The translations under genes were made by a program, and so were the position numbers. Under the pieces are notes generated by a model, which saw nothing but the letters and a program-made list of their open reading frames with translations, was not told the origin of the DNA and made no database searches. Positions 1-11,215 of a stretch of DNA of 64,000 nt are shown in pieces. Source of the stretch: Erysipelotrichaceae bacterium (GTDB lineage Bacteria > Bacillota_I > Bacilli_A > RFN20 > CAG-826). Numbering within the stretch: the first letter of the stretch is position 1; every line of letters begins with the position of its first letter. The DNA is taken from the NCBI GenBank assembly GCA_034932745.1, contig JAYFOJ010000002.1, positions 219,694-283,693 of the forward strand, given 5' to 3'.

Positions 1-50
1 TTATCGCGGCCAGCGATGACAATAACCTTGTCGCCTTTTTTGATATTCAT
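1..50 (-). CDS. rplX: 50S ribosomal protein L24, N-terminal fragment; gene continues beyond the window start
   Basis: Reverse complement of 1..50 reads ATGAATATCAAAAAAGGCGACAAGGTTATTGTCATCGCTGGCCGCGA = MNIKKGDKVIVIAGRD, the canonical L24 N-terminus. It sits directly downstream of rplN as in the S10/spc operon. Confidence 0.8.
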   Translation of the reverse strand, partial: MNIKKGDKVIVIAGRD

Positions 51-62
51 ATCGCTTCCTCC

Positions 63-437
63 TTATAGAACTTCAGGGGCAAGGGAGACGATTTTCATAA
101 ATTCTTCGCCTTTGTCTCTTAGTTCACGGGCAATCGGCCCAAACACGCGCGTACCTACTAGCGTGTTATCATCGTTAATAATGACGACGGCATTATCATC
201 GAATCTAATGGAAGAACCATCAGCTCTTTGAATTGGGTAAGCTGTGCGAACGATAACGCATCTCACGATATCACCCTTTTTAACTTTGCCGCTTGGGATA
301 GCTTCCTTGACTGAGCAAAGAATAATATCACCAATGCTGCTCGACTTGCGGTGACTTCCACCGTATAGTCTGAACGCTCTTACACTACGAGCGCCGGAGT
401 TGTCAGCAACTACGAGATTTGTTTCTGTTTGAATCAT
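63..437 (-). CDS. rplN: 50S ribosomal protein L14
   Basis: 124-aa [20 protein letters not shown]...GPIARELR, a full-length L14 match; operon position. Confidence 0.95.
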   Translation of the reverse strand: MIQTETNLVVADNSGARSVRAFRLYGGSHRKSSSIGDIILCSVKEAIPSGKVKKGDIVRCVIVRTAYPIQRADGSSIRFDDNAVVIINDDNTLVGTRVFGPIARELRDKGEEFMKIVSLAPEVL

Positions 438-439
438 AG

Positions 440-799
440 TTATTTTTCCTCCTTGGTTTCGACACCTTCAGCCTTCTTCTCTTCGGCGACACCCGTTAAG
501 ATTTCTTCCTTGAGTTCGGCTTCAGCTTGCTTAATTGAAAGTTCAGCTTTTTTGTCGATGCTTACTAAACGGAAACGTTTGGTAGCAGATAATGGTCTTG
601 TTCCCATGATTGTGACTGTGTCACCAACCTTGGCTTCATTTTTTTCATCGTGAACATAGTACTTTTTACGGTATTGAACACGTTTGCCATATTTAGCATG
701 TTTTTTGTGGGTTTCGACAAGGACAACGATGGTTTTGTCGTTCTTATCAGATAGGACTACGCCTTGGATGACGTTTCTTTGATTTCTTTCGATTGACAT
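440..799 (-). CDS. rpsQ: 30S ribosomal protein S17 with ~33-aa K/E/A-rich C-terminal extension
   Basis: N-terminal 85 aa ([15 protein letters not shown]...TKRFRLVSI) match S17. Extra C-terminal tail [35 protein letters not shown]. Confidence 0.93.
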   Translation of the reverse strand: MSIERNQRNVIQGVVLSDKNDKTIVVLVETHKKHAKYGKRVQYRKKYYVHDEKNEAKVGDTVTIMGTRPLSATKRFRLVSIDKKAELSIKQAEAELKEEILTGVAEEKKAEGVETKEEK

Positions 800-813
800 A
801 ATTCATGTTCTCC

Positions 814-1017
814 TTATTTAACGTTGATGTTAAGTTCTCTTTCGCGCAAGACCATCATACATCTTGCGATATCCTTGCGGACTCTGGTGACTTCTTCGCC
901 GTGTTCGAGAGCACCCACTGCTTTCTTACGACGGAGTTCGAAGAGTTGTTCCTTCAATTGATAAACCTTTTGGTTTAATTCGCTAGAAGGCATTTCACGA
1001 ATTTCACTAAGTTTCAT
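814..1017 (-). CDS. rpmC: 50S ribosomal protein L29
   Basis: 67-aa ORF with the L29 pattern (MKLSEIREMPSSELNQKVYQLKEQLFELRRK); located between rplP and rpsQ. Confidence 0.92.
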   Translation of the reverse strand: MKLSEIREMPSSELNQKVYQLKEQLFELRRKKAVGALEHGEEVTRVRKDIARCMMVLRERELNINVK

Positions 1018-1019
1018 GA

Positions 1020-1433
1020 TTATTTACTCTCCTTTTTGATCACTCTGCAATGAATCGGGAGTTTGTAAGCGGCAAGTCTTAAGGCTTCACGGGCTGTCTC
1101 TTCTGGGACGCCTCCGATTTCAAACATCACACGACCTTCTTTAACAACTGCGACCCATGACTCTGGATTACCTTTACCAGAACCCATACGGACCTCAGCA
1201 GGTTTCTTTGTTTTAGCCAAGTGTGGGAATATTCTAATCCAAACTTGACCACTTCTATTTGTGTAGCGGGAGAGAACGATACGGGCTGCCTCGATTTGAT
1301 TAGCAGTGATCCATGCGCCCTCTGCGGCTTGAAGACCGAATTCACCAAACGCTACGGTTATACCAGCCTTTGATTTTCCTTCATAATAAATTCTATGAGG
1401 GCGGCGGTATTTTACTCTTTTTGGTTGAAGCAT
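1020..1433 (-). CDS. rplP: 50S ribosomal protein L16
   Basis: 137 aa [14 protein letters not shown]...; canonical L16. Confidence 0.95.
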   Translation of the reverse strand: MLQPKRVKYRRPHRIYYEGKSKAGITVAFGEFGLQAAEGAWITANQIEAARIVLSRYTNRSGQVWIRIFPHLAKTKKPAEVRMGSGKGNPESWVAVVKEGRVMFEIGGVPEETAREALRLAAYKLPIHCRVIKKESK

Positions 1434-1436
1434 TGG

Positions 1437-2117
1437 CTATTCTCCTTCCTTAGCATTATTATTCGCATCTAGTTCTGGGCGGACTTCTCCGCGGCAGATC
1501 CAAACTTTAACACCGATACGGCCATAGGTTGTGGCAGCTTCAGCGATTGCGAAGTCGATATCGCTTCTTAATGTATGTAGAGGAATTGTTCCCTCTTTAT
1601 AACCTTCGTGACGAGCAATTTCAGCTCCACCAAGTCTACCGGACAAAAGAGTGCGGCATCCTTTAGCACCAGCTTTACGAACTCGTTGAATGGCTTTCTT
1701 TTGAACTGTACGGAAACTTGCACGCTCTTCTAATTGCTTTGCAATTGATTGAGCAACGAGATTGGCATCCAAGTCAGGATTCTTAACTTCGACGACGTCG
1801 ACTCTTAAGGTTGCATCCTTGACTAGTTTTCCAAGTTCGTTCTTAATGCGATTGATATTAGCACCATCTTGTCCAATCACAACGCCTGGTCTAGCGACGA
1901 AGACCATGATGACAACATTGTTGCCCTTATCGGTCTTTTGACGTTCGATTTCGATGTGAGAGAGCATGGCTTCTTTTAGTTCCTTAGTGAGATATTTACG
2001 AATCTTGATATCTTCGTTGAGGAACACATGGTAATGTTGATCATCAGCATACCAGCGAGAATTCCAATTACGGTTGACGCCGATTCTCATGCCAACTGGA
2101 TTAATTTTTTGACCCAT
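1437..2117 (-). CDS. rpsC: 30S ribosomal protein S3
   Basis: 226 aa MGQKINPVGMRIGVNRNWNSRWYA..., KH and S3-C domains. Confidence 0.95.
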   Translation of the reverse strand: MGQKINPVGMRIGVNRNWNSRWYADDQHYHVFLNEDIKIRKYLTKELKEAMLSHIEIERQKTDKGNNVVIMVFVARPGVVIGQDGANINRIKNELGKLVKDATLRVDVVEVKNPDLDANLVAQSIAKQLEERASFRTVQKKAIQRVRKAGAKGCRTLLSGRLGGAEIARHEGYKEGTIPLHTLRSDIDFAIAEAATTYGRIGVKVWICRGEVRPELDANNNAKEGE

Positions 2118-2130
2118 TGATGTTTCCTCC

Positions 2131-2601
2131 TTATCTCATCTTCACCACGACGGTGATGTTGCAGGCTCTTTTGACAAGTCCACTTGCTGAACCTTTAGCA
2201 CGTGGAAGGTATCTCTTAATTCTCATACCATCTGTTGCATAAATCGTATCGATGTATAATTTCTCTTCATCCATTCCGAAGTTGTTGATGGCATTAGCTG
2301 CGGCTGACTTAATCGTTTTAATGACAGCGACAGTAGCGGCTTTGTTAACGTTAGCAAGGATTCCAAGAGCGACTTTGACATCTTTTCCTCTTACTACGTC
2401 GATAACTAATCTTGCCTTACGTGGAGTAACTCTCACGTTTTTAGAAATAGCTTTCGCTTCAGTCACTGCAGGTTTCGCTGGTTTCTCAACTACTTTCTCA
2501 GCAACTTTCTTTTCCTTTTTATTAGCGGCTTTAGGAGCTTCGTCAGCAGGTTTTGCTTCGACAGTCTCGGCAACTTTTTTTGTTTTCTTTTCGGTAGCCA
2601 T
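2131..2601 (-). CDS. rplV: 50S ribosomal protein L22 with ~48-aa K/A/E-rich N-terminal extension
   Basis: C-terminal 108 aa (AKAISKNVRVTPRKARLVIDVVRGKDV...) align with L22. The N-terminal 48 aa are Lys/Ala/Glu-rich. A strong RBS (GGAGG, 8 nt spacer) precedes the annotated ATG, so the extension is translated. Confidence 0.92.
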   Translation of the reverse strand: MATEKKTKKVAETVEAKPADEAPKAANKKEKKVAEKVVEKPAKPAVTEAKAISKNVRVTPRKARLVIDVVRGKDVKVALGILANVNKAATVAVIKTIKSAAANAINNFGMDEEKLYIDTIYATDGMRIKRYLPRAKGSASGLVKRACNITVVVKMR

Positions 2602-2613
2602 TACTTATTCCTC

Positions 2614-2907
2614 CTATTTACCAGCGGCTGCAGCTTTATCTTCTGCGTTATTGCCGTGGTGTCCACTGAATTTACGGGTTGGTGAGAACTCACCTAATTT
2701 ATGTCCGACCATATCTTCGGTAACATAAACGGTAATGTGTTCTTTTCCGTTATAGACCGCAAAGGTGTGTCCAACGAATGCTGGATAGATCGTGCTTCTT
2801 CTTGACCAAGTTTTAATAATTTCTTTTTTACCGGCTGCATCTAATGCGGAAACTTTTTTAATTAAGTACTCATCGACGAATGCGCCTTTTTTCAAGCTTC
2901 TTGACAT
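2614..2907 (-). CDS. rpsS: 30S ribosomal protein S19
   Basis: 97 aa [19 protein letters not shown]...[13 protein letters not shown]...; canonical S19. Confidence 0.95.
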   Translation of the reverse strand: MSRSLKKGAFVDEYLIKKVSALDAAGKKEIIKTWSRRSTIYPAFVGHTFAVYNGKEHITVYVTEDMVGHKLGEFSPTRKFSGHHGNNAEDKAAAAGK

Positions 2908-2928
2908 ATCTTATTTCCTCCTTTGCGA

Positions 2929-3765
2929 TTACTTACTAGCATTGCGGCGTCTAATAATTAGTTGGCCGGATGCTTTCTTTGATTTTCTGGTCTTAACACC
3001 CATTGCGCGCTTGCCCCATGGAGTGCGTGGAGCATCACGTCCGACTGGACATTTACCTTCACCACCACCGTGTGGGTGATCGCATGGGTTCATTGCAGAA
3101 CCTCTGACGGTTGGACGGACGCCCGCCCATCTCGTCTTTCCTGCTTTTCCTTTATTAATAAGGGCAAAGTCTTCGTTACCGACGACTCCGATTGTGGCAC
3201 GGCAGGTGGCAACAACCTTTCTCATCTCGCTACTGGCAAGACGAAGAATCACGTATTTTCCTTCTAGACCGAGAACCTGAGCACTCGTTCCAGCGGCTCT
3301 GCACATTTGACCACCTTTACCAGGAGTGAGCTCGACGTTATGAACGAGAGTACCTTCTGGGATGTTCTTAAGTGGCATTGCATTTCCGACTTTAATATCG
3401 CATCCTTCACCGGATACAATGCGGTCTCCAACATGGAGTCCTTGTGGATGAATGATGTAACGTTTTTCGCCATCTAAATAAGCTAGAAGAGCGATGTTAG
3501 CATTGCGGTTTGGATCGTATTCGATCGCTTTTACGACGGCCGGAACGTTGTCCTTATTTCTTCTAAAGTCAACGATACGGTATTTTTGTTTGTGTCCTCC
3601 ACCAATGTGACGGGTAGTAATAACGCCTTGGTTATTTCTTCCACCAGTCTTACTCTTCTTAACTAATAAGCTTTTTTCAGGAGTGTATTTGGTGATTTCT
3701 TCAAACGTCGTGTTAGTCATGCCTCTACGGCTTGGAGTCGTAGGCTTGTAAGTTCTAATTGACAT
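2929..3765 (-). CDS. rplB: 50S ribosomal protein L2
   Basis: 278 aa with L2 hallmark motifs ([13 protein letters not shown]..., HPHGGGEG). Confidence 0.96.
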   Translation of the reverse strand: MSIRTYKPTTPSRRGMTNTTFEEITKYTPEKSLLVKKSKTGGRNNQGVITTRHIGGGHKQKYRIVDFRRNKDNVPAVVKAIEYDPNRNANIALLAYLDGEKRYIIHPQGLHVGDRIVSGEGCDIKVGNAMPLKNIPEGTLVHNVELTPGKGGQMCRAAGTSAQVLGLEGKYVILRLASSEMRKVVATCRATIGVVGNEDFALINKGKAGKTRWAGVRPTVRGSAMNPCDHPHGGGEGKCPVGRDAPRTPWGKRAMGVKTRKSKKASGQLIIRRRNASK

Positions 3766-3798
3766 TCTTTTTTCTCCTATATTTTGTAGTCCTACTGA

Positions 3799-4209
3799 CT
3801 ACTCTTTGAAAAGGTCGATGGCCTCGCCTTCAGCGATGGTTACGATTGCCTTTTTGTATCCGCTAATTGATCCTTTGAATTTGGATCCGCGGGTGGTTTC
3901 TTTTGCGCGCACGTTACTAATACGAACGTCGACAACTTTAACCTGGAATATTCTTTCAAAAGCCATTTTGACTTCGGCTTTATTGGAATCTGGTTTAACC
4001 TTAACAGTAACTTGATTTAATCTTTGCATGATATCCATCGATTTCTCGGTGATAACAGGTTTCATGATAACTTCGAAGTCACGGTAGGTTGCGTTAGGGA
4101 AGCGTTTTTCAACTTTCTTCTCGGTTGCTTTAGCAACTTTTTTTGCTGGAGCTTCAACTTTTTCAGTCTTTACTTCTTCAGCAACTTTTGCGGTCTTTTT
4201 GGCTGCCAT
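3799..4209 (-). CDS. rplW: 50S ribosomal protein L23 with ~40-aa K/A/E-rich N-terminal extension
   Basis: The core YRDFEVIMKPVITEKSMDIM... aligns with L23. The N-terminal MAAKKTAKVAEEVKTEKVEAPAKKVAKATEKKVEK has no counterpart in typical L23. A GGAGG is embedded in the rplD 3' end upstream. Confidence 0.9.
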   Translation of the reverse strand: MAAKKTAKVAEEVKTEKVEAPAKKVAKATEKKVEKRFPNATYRDFEVIMKPVITEKSMDIMQRLNQVTVKVKPDSNKAEVKMAFERIFQVKVVDVRISNVRAKETTRGSKFKGSISGYKKAIVTIAEGEAIDLFKE

Positions 4210-4210
4210 A

Positions 4211-4849
4211 TTATGCTAATGCCTCCTCTAATTCTTTAACTGCTTCTTTTTCGATAACGACTGCGTCGACATTCATTAAATCGTAGACGCTGACATTTTC
4301 GGATGAAACAACTTTGACCCAATTGATATTGTTTGCACTAGCAAGCAAATTCATTTCGAGTTCGCTTACGACGACTAGAACTTTAGTTTCGGCCTTCAAA
4401 GCTTTGAGAATTGCTCTAAACTCTTTGGTCTTAATGTTCTTGAGTTCTAATTTATCGACGACGATCAATCCGTCTTTTGTTTTCATCGAAAGAGCGGATT
4501 TGAGCGCTAAGCGGTGAGCTGTTTTATTTTGTGACAATTTGAAGTTCTGTGTGCCATCTGGTCCAAAGACCGTGCCACCACCAACCCAAATTGGTGAACG
4601 CGAGGAACCCGCACGGGCTCTTCCTGTTCCTTTTTGTCTCCAAGGTTTCTTTCCACCTCCACTAACTTCGTGGCGCACTTTTGTTTTTGCAGTGGCTTGA
4701 CGTGAGTTGCTTTGATAGACCTGGACGGCGTCGAACATGACTTGTTTATTTGGTTCAATACCCCAAACATCAGCTTTTAAACTAATTTTTGAGACTTCTT
4801 CGCCGGCTTGGTTTAACACCTTAGCACTAATTGTTTTCTTTTCTGCCAT
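4211..4849 (-). CDS. rplD: 50S ribosomal protein L4
   Basis: 212 aa; L4 family signature region (GGGKKPWRQKGTGRAR...). Confidence 0.94.
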   Translation of the reverse strand: MAEKKTISAKVLNQAGEEVSKISLKADVWGIEPNKQVMFDAVQVYQSNSRQATAKTKVRHEVSGGGKKPWRQKGTGRARAGSSRSPIWVGGGTVFGPDGTQNFKLSQNKTAHRLALKSALSMKTKDGLIVVDKLELKNIKTKEFRAILKALKAETKVLVVVSELEMNLLASANNINWVKVVSSENVSVYDLMNVDAVVIEKEAVKELEEALA

Positions 4850-4873
4850 TGTTTTTTCTCCTTTCCGTCCAGA

Positions 4874-5608
4874 TTATTTAGATTCTGCTACAACTGTTTC
4901 GACAGCTGGTGCAGCTTCAATTTTTGGTTCTTCTTTAACAATACGATTAATAATTGGCTTAATTACTGGGGAACCTTTTTGAGTCTTAATTGGCGAACGT
5001 AGAGTTACCAACGATTTCTTTGGTCCTGGTAATGCGCCTTTAACTAATACGAAGTTCTTTTCGGTATTAATTGCAACGATGACTAGATTGAGAACAGTCG
5101 CAGACTTATTTCCCATATGTCCAGACATGTGCTTGCCTGGGATAACGCGGTTATTGCAACGTCCGTTATTAGCGAATGATCCTTGTTGTCTATGATATCC
5201 AGAACCATGTGCTTTTGGACCGATTGTACCGTGCCATCTCTTGATCGTACCGGAATATCCACGGCCTTTGCTTGTTCCGACGACATCGATGACATCGCCG
5301 ACCTTGAACATATCAGCGGTAATTACATCTCCGACTTTGAAACCGGCCATTTCATCTCCGCGAAGTTCAACGTGATGATACTTACAGGTAGTTCCTGTTT
5401 TCTTAGCGATGCCTTTTTCGCATTTGTTAGCACGAGACTCTTTTTTGTCTTCGTATCCAACTTGAACAGCGACATAGCCATCTTTTTCTAAGTTCTTTAC
5501 TTGAGTGACGACGTTTGGTAAGACTTCAACGACAGTGACGGCATACATCGTGCCATCTTCAGCGAAGACTTGGGTCATCCCCATTTTTCTTCCTAATAAT
5601 GCTTTCAT
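4874..5608 (-). CDS. rplC: 50S ribosomal protein L3 with ~35-aa C-terminal extension
   Basis: MKALLGRKMGMTQVF... is the canonical L3 N-terminus. 244 aa versus ~210 typical; the tail is KEEPKIEAAPAVETVVAESK. Confidence 0.94.
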   Translation of the reverse strand: MKALLGRKMGMTQVFAEDGTMYAVTVVEVLPNVVTQVKNLEKDGYVAVQVGYEDKKESRANKCEKGIAKKTGTTCKYHHVELRGDEMAGFKVGDVITADMFKVGDVIDVVGTSKGRGYSGTIKRWHGTIGPKAHGSGYHRQQGSFANNGRCNNRVIPGKHMSGHMGNKSATVLNLVIVAINTEKNFVLVKGALPGPKKSLVTLRSPIKTQKGSPVIKPIINRIVKEEPKIEAAPAVETVVAESK

Positions 5609-5622
5609 TCAGTCTTGCCTCC

Positions 5623-5934
5623 TTATAACTTGATATCGATGTCAACTCCGGATGGGAGATCCAAGTTTCTAAGAGCATCAATAGTCTCTTTCTTTGGATT
5701 TGTGATATCGATAATACGTTTGTGAGTTCTGATTTCAAATTGTTCACGAGCATCTTTGTACTTGTGGACAGCTCTTAAAACCGTAAACACTTGTCTTTCC
5801 GTGGGTAGCGGAATGGGACCTACAACATTGGCCCCAGAGTTTTTCGCTGCTTTGACAATCTTCTCGGCGCTTAGGTCGAGATTAGCATGATCATAAGCTT
5901 TTAAGCGAACCCGGATTTTGGTTGTTTTTGCCAT
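5623..5934 (-). CDS. rpsJ: 30S ribosomal protein S10
   Basis: The ORF track starts at 5955 ([12 protein letters not shown]...). Those first 7 codons spell AAAGTAGGAGGAAAAATC, i.e. they contain the RBS. The real start is the ATG at 5932-5934 ([16 protein letters not shown]...), giving a 103-aa S10. Confidence 0.93.
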   Translation of the reverse strand: MAKTTKIRVRLKAYDHANLDLSAEKIVKAAKNSGANVVGPIPLPTERQVFTVLRAVHKYKDAREQFEIRTHKRIIDITNPKKETIDALRNLDLPSGVDIDIKL

Positions 5935-6064
5935 GATTTTTCCTCCTACTTTCATATATCAGGCTTTGACGTTTTGCTCAGTGCGAATTACCTGAACACC
6001 CTTTCATGACAACGCCTGTGGGTGTATCAGCAACCTCGCACGTCAATGCGCAGTCAACATGTCA

Positions 6065-6094
6065 AATATACCCCTATACGCGTAGGTGTGTCAA
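6065..6094 (-). promoter_or_regulatory. Putative sigma-70 promoter of the S10 operon: TTGACA-N18-TATATT on the minus strand
   Basis: Minus-strand TTGACA at 6089-6094 and TATATT at 6065-6070 with an 18-nt spacer, ~130 nt upstream of rpsJ. Two further TTGAC repeats lie immediately downstream (TTGACATGTTGACTGCGCATTGACG). Confidence 0.5.
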
Positions 6095-6238
6095 CTCTAT
6101 TTCGCAAAAAAATCCATTATTTATTACATAAGATTCTTTTGTGATGATTTTCCACACGATTTCCTTTTGTATTGCAAATAATGGTAAAAATATCAGTTAT
6201 CAAAATCGGTAATCAGACAAAATGAGATAAAATGATAG

Positions 6239-6871
6239 TCACTTTTTGGTTTTTTCTACCCATTTTTGATATGAGAATTTGCAACCACAATACTCTTGGA
6301 AATATAGGTTATGTTCACGGCAGATTATTAACGACTTTTCATAACCGTCTTGCTTCTTAAAATCGGCATAAAGCCACTTTACATTTGGAAATATTATTTC
6401 CAATTGATGTCCGATGGTGTTGACATCAGATGAGCTTTTATACCGCGAAATTGTTAAGGAACTAGCGCAATACTGATAACCATTCTCGCTAGCGAACTTA
6501 AACAATTCTCCTAATCTTTTTTTAAAGCAAATTCGACATCTTTCATGACCTTCGGGAAGATCTTTAAAAGGCTCTAAATCGATATTGAAGTCATCGTTTT
6601 TATATGGGGTTTCAATAATCGGTATTTCATAATGCATTTCGGATAAATATCTCTTGAGCTCTGCTAGTCTTCGGTCGTGTTCTTTTTGCGGATAAATATT
6701 CGAATTATTATAAAAAATAGTCACATCAAAATAGTCTTTAATCTCTTCGTATGGAATGGTGAAACACGGACCACAGCAAACGTGAAGAAGCAGTTTTGGC
6801 TTCGATGTTTTAGATACTTCATCGAGTTCTGCTTTCATCATTTTTGCATAGTTTTTGTTATTTTTTATCAT
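6239..6871 (-). CDS. queH: Epoxyqueuosine reductase QueH (DUF208)
   Basis: LLLHVCCGPCFTIPYEE..., ERCRICFKKRL and YFQEYCGCKFS match the QueH/DUF208 Cys motifs. The ORF track extends to 6961 and overlaps queA; the start is more likely the internal Met at 6871 (or 6841). Confidence 0.8.
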   Translation of the reverse strand: MIKNNKNYAKMMKAELDEVSKTSKPKLLLHVCCGPCFTIPYEEIKDYFDVTIFYNNSNIYPQKEHDRRLAELKRYLSEMHYEIPIIETPYKNDDFNIDLEPFKDLPEGHERCRICFKKRLGELFKFASENGYQYCASSLTISRYKSSSDVNTIGHQLEIIFPNVKWLYADFKKQDGYEKSLIICREHNLYFQEYCGCKFSYQKWVEKTKK

Positions 6872-7891
6872 AGAGAAACATCGCGTCTCCAAAAGAGAAA
6901 AACCGATACTTTTTTTCAGTAGCGTGCTTATATATTTCGAGAATAAATTCCCGGCCAGCAAAGGCAGAAACCAACATTATTAATGTCGATTTTGGAAGGT
7001 GAAAATTAGTTATAAGTGCATCCACCGCTTTAAATTGATATCCTGGTTCGATAAAAATATTTGTGGATTCGGTCGTCGATTTAAAAATGCCATACTTAGT
7101 AATATTAGCTTCTAATGTTCTCGTGCTAGTTGTTCCAATGGCAATGATTCTTCTACCTTGTTCTTTTGCCATGTTAAGTTTGTGAGCGGTATCTGCTGGC
7201 ATGTAATATACTTCAGAATGCATGATGTGATCTTTGGTATCTTGCACTTTTACAGGTCTAAATGTTCCTAGACCAATGTGAAGTGTAACGTCTAAAACTT
7301 CGATCCCCATCTTTTTTATTTTCTCAAAAATCTCATCAGTAAAATGAAATCCCGCTGTTGGCGCTGCTGCACTACCTTCGATTTTCGCATAGACAGTTTG
7401 ATAGCGGTCATTAGTGCAGACTTGTTCTTTAATATAAGGTGGCAACGGCATTTTGCCTAAAGATTCTAAAACTTCGAGAAATATTCCTTGATAAAGGAAG
7501 TTCATTATTCTAATTCCCTCATCCTTAACTTCTAAGCATTCGGCGATTAGTTTACCTTCGCCAAAATCCACTCTTGTTCCAACTTTTATTGTTTTAGCGT
7601 TTCCACACAAGCATTCCCATGTATCGTCTTTAACTTGTCTTAACAAGAGAACTTCGACATGAGCATGAGTCTGCTCTTTTACGCCCAAAAGACGAGCAGG
7701 AATAACTTTAGTGTTGTTTCTTACTAAAACATCTCCAGGCTTTAAATAGTCGACAATATTATAAAAAACATCATCCTTATAAGTATGATTACCAATATCG
7801 ACGCTCAATAGATGAGAATGGTCTCTTTTTTGTGTTGGGAACTGAGCAATCAGAGATTCATCCAGTTCAAAATCGAACAAATTGATATCCA

Positions 7892-7892
<1 letters not shown>
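6858..7892 (-). CDS. queA: S-adenosylmethionine:tRNA ribosyltransferase-isomerase
   Basis: 344 aa MDINLFDFELDESLIAQFPTQKRDHSHLL..., full-length QueA match. Confidence 0.92.
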
Positions 7893-9576
<1,684 letters not shown>

Positions 9577-9592
9577 GGCAACACCCTAGTTT

Positions 9593-10495
9593 TTATAAAT
9601 ACTCTTTAATCAATTCTGAGATTGGAAGCACATTGATTTCTGAAGGATATTTCTTTTCGATTGAATCGGTCACGACGATGTCTTTAACGCCACAATCTTT
9701 GATTCGATTGATAGCGCCTTTAGAAAAGACTGCATGAGAAGCCGCAATATAAACTGCTTTGGCACCTTTTTCTTTAAGAATGCGAACGGCGTTGGTAATT
9801 GTACCGCCTGTATCGATAATGTCGTCGATAATAATACATGTTTTATCTTTTACATCACCTTCGACAAACATCGTTTCGGAGTAATTAGGACGAGGTCTTT
9901 TCTTTTCGAGGATAATGACACTAGGCGCCAATAAGGCTTCGCTAAGAAGATGGGCCCTTTCGTTACTTCCATGATCTGGAGAAACGATGATGATATCTTT
10001 AGCGTTCGTTCCATCTTTTTTAAAAATGTTAGAGTAATAATCCGCAAATAATGAAGTAGTATTTACATCTTTAACTGGTATTTTAAAGAAGGTGTGAATT
10101 ACTGGGGTATGCAAGTCAAAAGTAATAAGTGAATCAGCTCCAGAGACATTAATAATTCTTGCCACTACTTCACAAGAAACCGGTTCATTGTTCCACGATA
10201 CTTCTTGTCTTGAATAGCCAAAATAAGGCATGATTAAATTCACTTTTTTAGCGCCCGCTCTTTTAACCGAATCAATAAAAAGGAGTAATTCAAATAAACG
10301 AGATACTGCTGGTTTAGAAGTCGATTGAATTACAAAAACGTTCTTGTCTTTTACGGGCGTTAATGTCTTGCACATTACTTCTCCATCAGCAAAGTGTTCA
10401 ACCTTAGCCTTACCAAGAGGTATATTTAAAGACTTCGACAATTTGTCGGCAGTTTTCTTATTGGCGGTTAGTGAGAATAATATTCTATCTTCCAT
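9593..10495 (-). CDS. prs: Ribose-phosphate pyrophosphokinase (PRPP synthetase)
   Basis: MEDRILFSL...; PYFGYSRQ, DLHTPVIHTFF and the PRPP-binding loop IIDDIIDTGGT. Confidence 0.92.
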   Translation of the reverse strand: MEDRILFSLTANKKTADKLSKSLNIPLGKAKVEHFADGEVMCKTLTPVKDKNVFVIQSTSKPAVSRLFELLLFIDSVKRAGAKKVNLIMPYFGYSRQEVSWNNEPVSCEVVARIINVSGADSLITFDLHTPVIHTFFKIPVKDVNTTSLFADYYSNIFKKDGTNAKDIIIVSPDHGSNERAHLLSEALLAPSVIILEKKRPRPNYSETMFVEGDVKDKTCIIIDDIIDTGGTITNAVRILKEKGAKAVYIAASHAVFSKGAINRIKDCGVKDIVVTDSIEKKYPSEINVLPISELIKEYL

Positions 10496-10496
10496 T

Positions 10497-11081
10497 TTAT
10501 ATGTGATATTGGCAAGCACACATCACAATCTCCTTATTCGTCGCGTATTCATCTTTAAGACGCATTTTGTCGACTTGTAAACCTTTCGAATTGATATAAT
10601 CCGCCAGTTCTTTAGTGTAGAACCAATATCTTAATCCAACCAAATCGAATGATCGATTTTTATCATAACCCGCTACATAATCAAAAGGAAGATAATAAAG
10701 TCTACCGTTATATAACTTCCAGTTATCTGGGCGGAAATCTAAAGTGATTTTTTCATGTTCTGCATACCACGCTGCTTCGAATATTTTCTCGTAATACGCT
10801 TTATCTAAAGATTGATTAACAATGACGTCAAGGGCCGTTGGACCGGGAATGTAATCTAATATAACAGAATTACTTTTTTTATCGATGATTTGGACTTTAG
10901 GAATCGAAATACCGGATATTTTTAATTCGCGACTTTTTTTGATAAAGTCTTCTAATTCAAGTGAATTCTCGACAAAACGCTTTAATAGGAATTCTTTGTT
11001 TTTCCTTGTGACTTTGAAAGATTTATGTGAAATTTGTTCGACAATATCGAATATTTTACCTTTAATTTTGATTTGTTCCAT
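10497..11081 (-). CDS. Hypothetical protein with minimal protein-kinase-like features
   Basis: ~195 aa from MEQIKIKG. Conserved-looking Lys in EFLLKRF, hinge-like ILDYIPGP, LDFRPDNW (catalytic-loop-like DxxxxN) and a later FDY. No family assigned. Confidence 0.35.
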   Translation of the reverse strand: MEQIKIKGKIFDIVEQISHKSFKVTRKNKEFLLKRFVENSLELEDFIKKSRELKISGISIPKVQIIDKKSNSVILDYIPGPTALDVIVNQSLDKAYYEKIFEAAWYAEHEKITLDFRPDNWKLYNGRLYYLPFDYVAGYDKNRSFDLVGLRYWFYTKELADYINSKGLQVDKMRLKDEYATNKEIVMCACQYHI

Positions 11082-11215
11082 TGATAGATGCTTTTTTATC
11101 AACCTTTCTCTTGTTGATATAATCAACATTAAAAGAATACGACAAAGAACTGCCACTATCAAGTTTTGCAAAAAGAAAAGAGGAACATGTCCTCTTCTCT
11201 TTGATATGAGTTTTA

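Noticed and set aside
6872-6961. N-terminal 30 codons of the queH ORF overlapping queA
   Set aside because: The conserved QueH core starts ~45 aa into the ORF. Overlap with queA by >100 nt is unlikely, so an internal start (6871 or 6841) is preferred.
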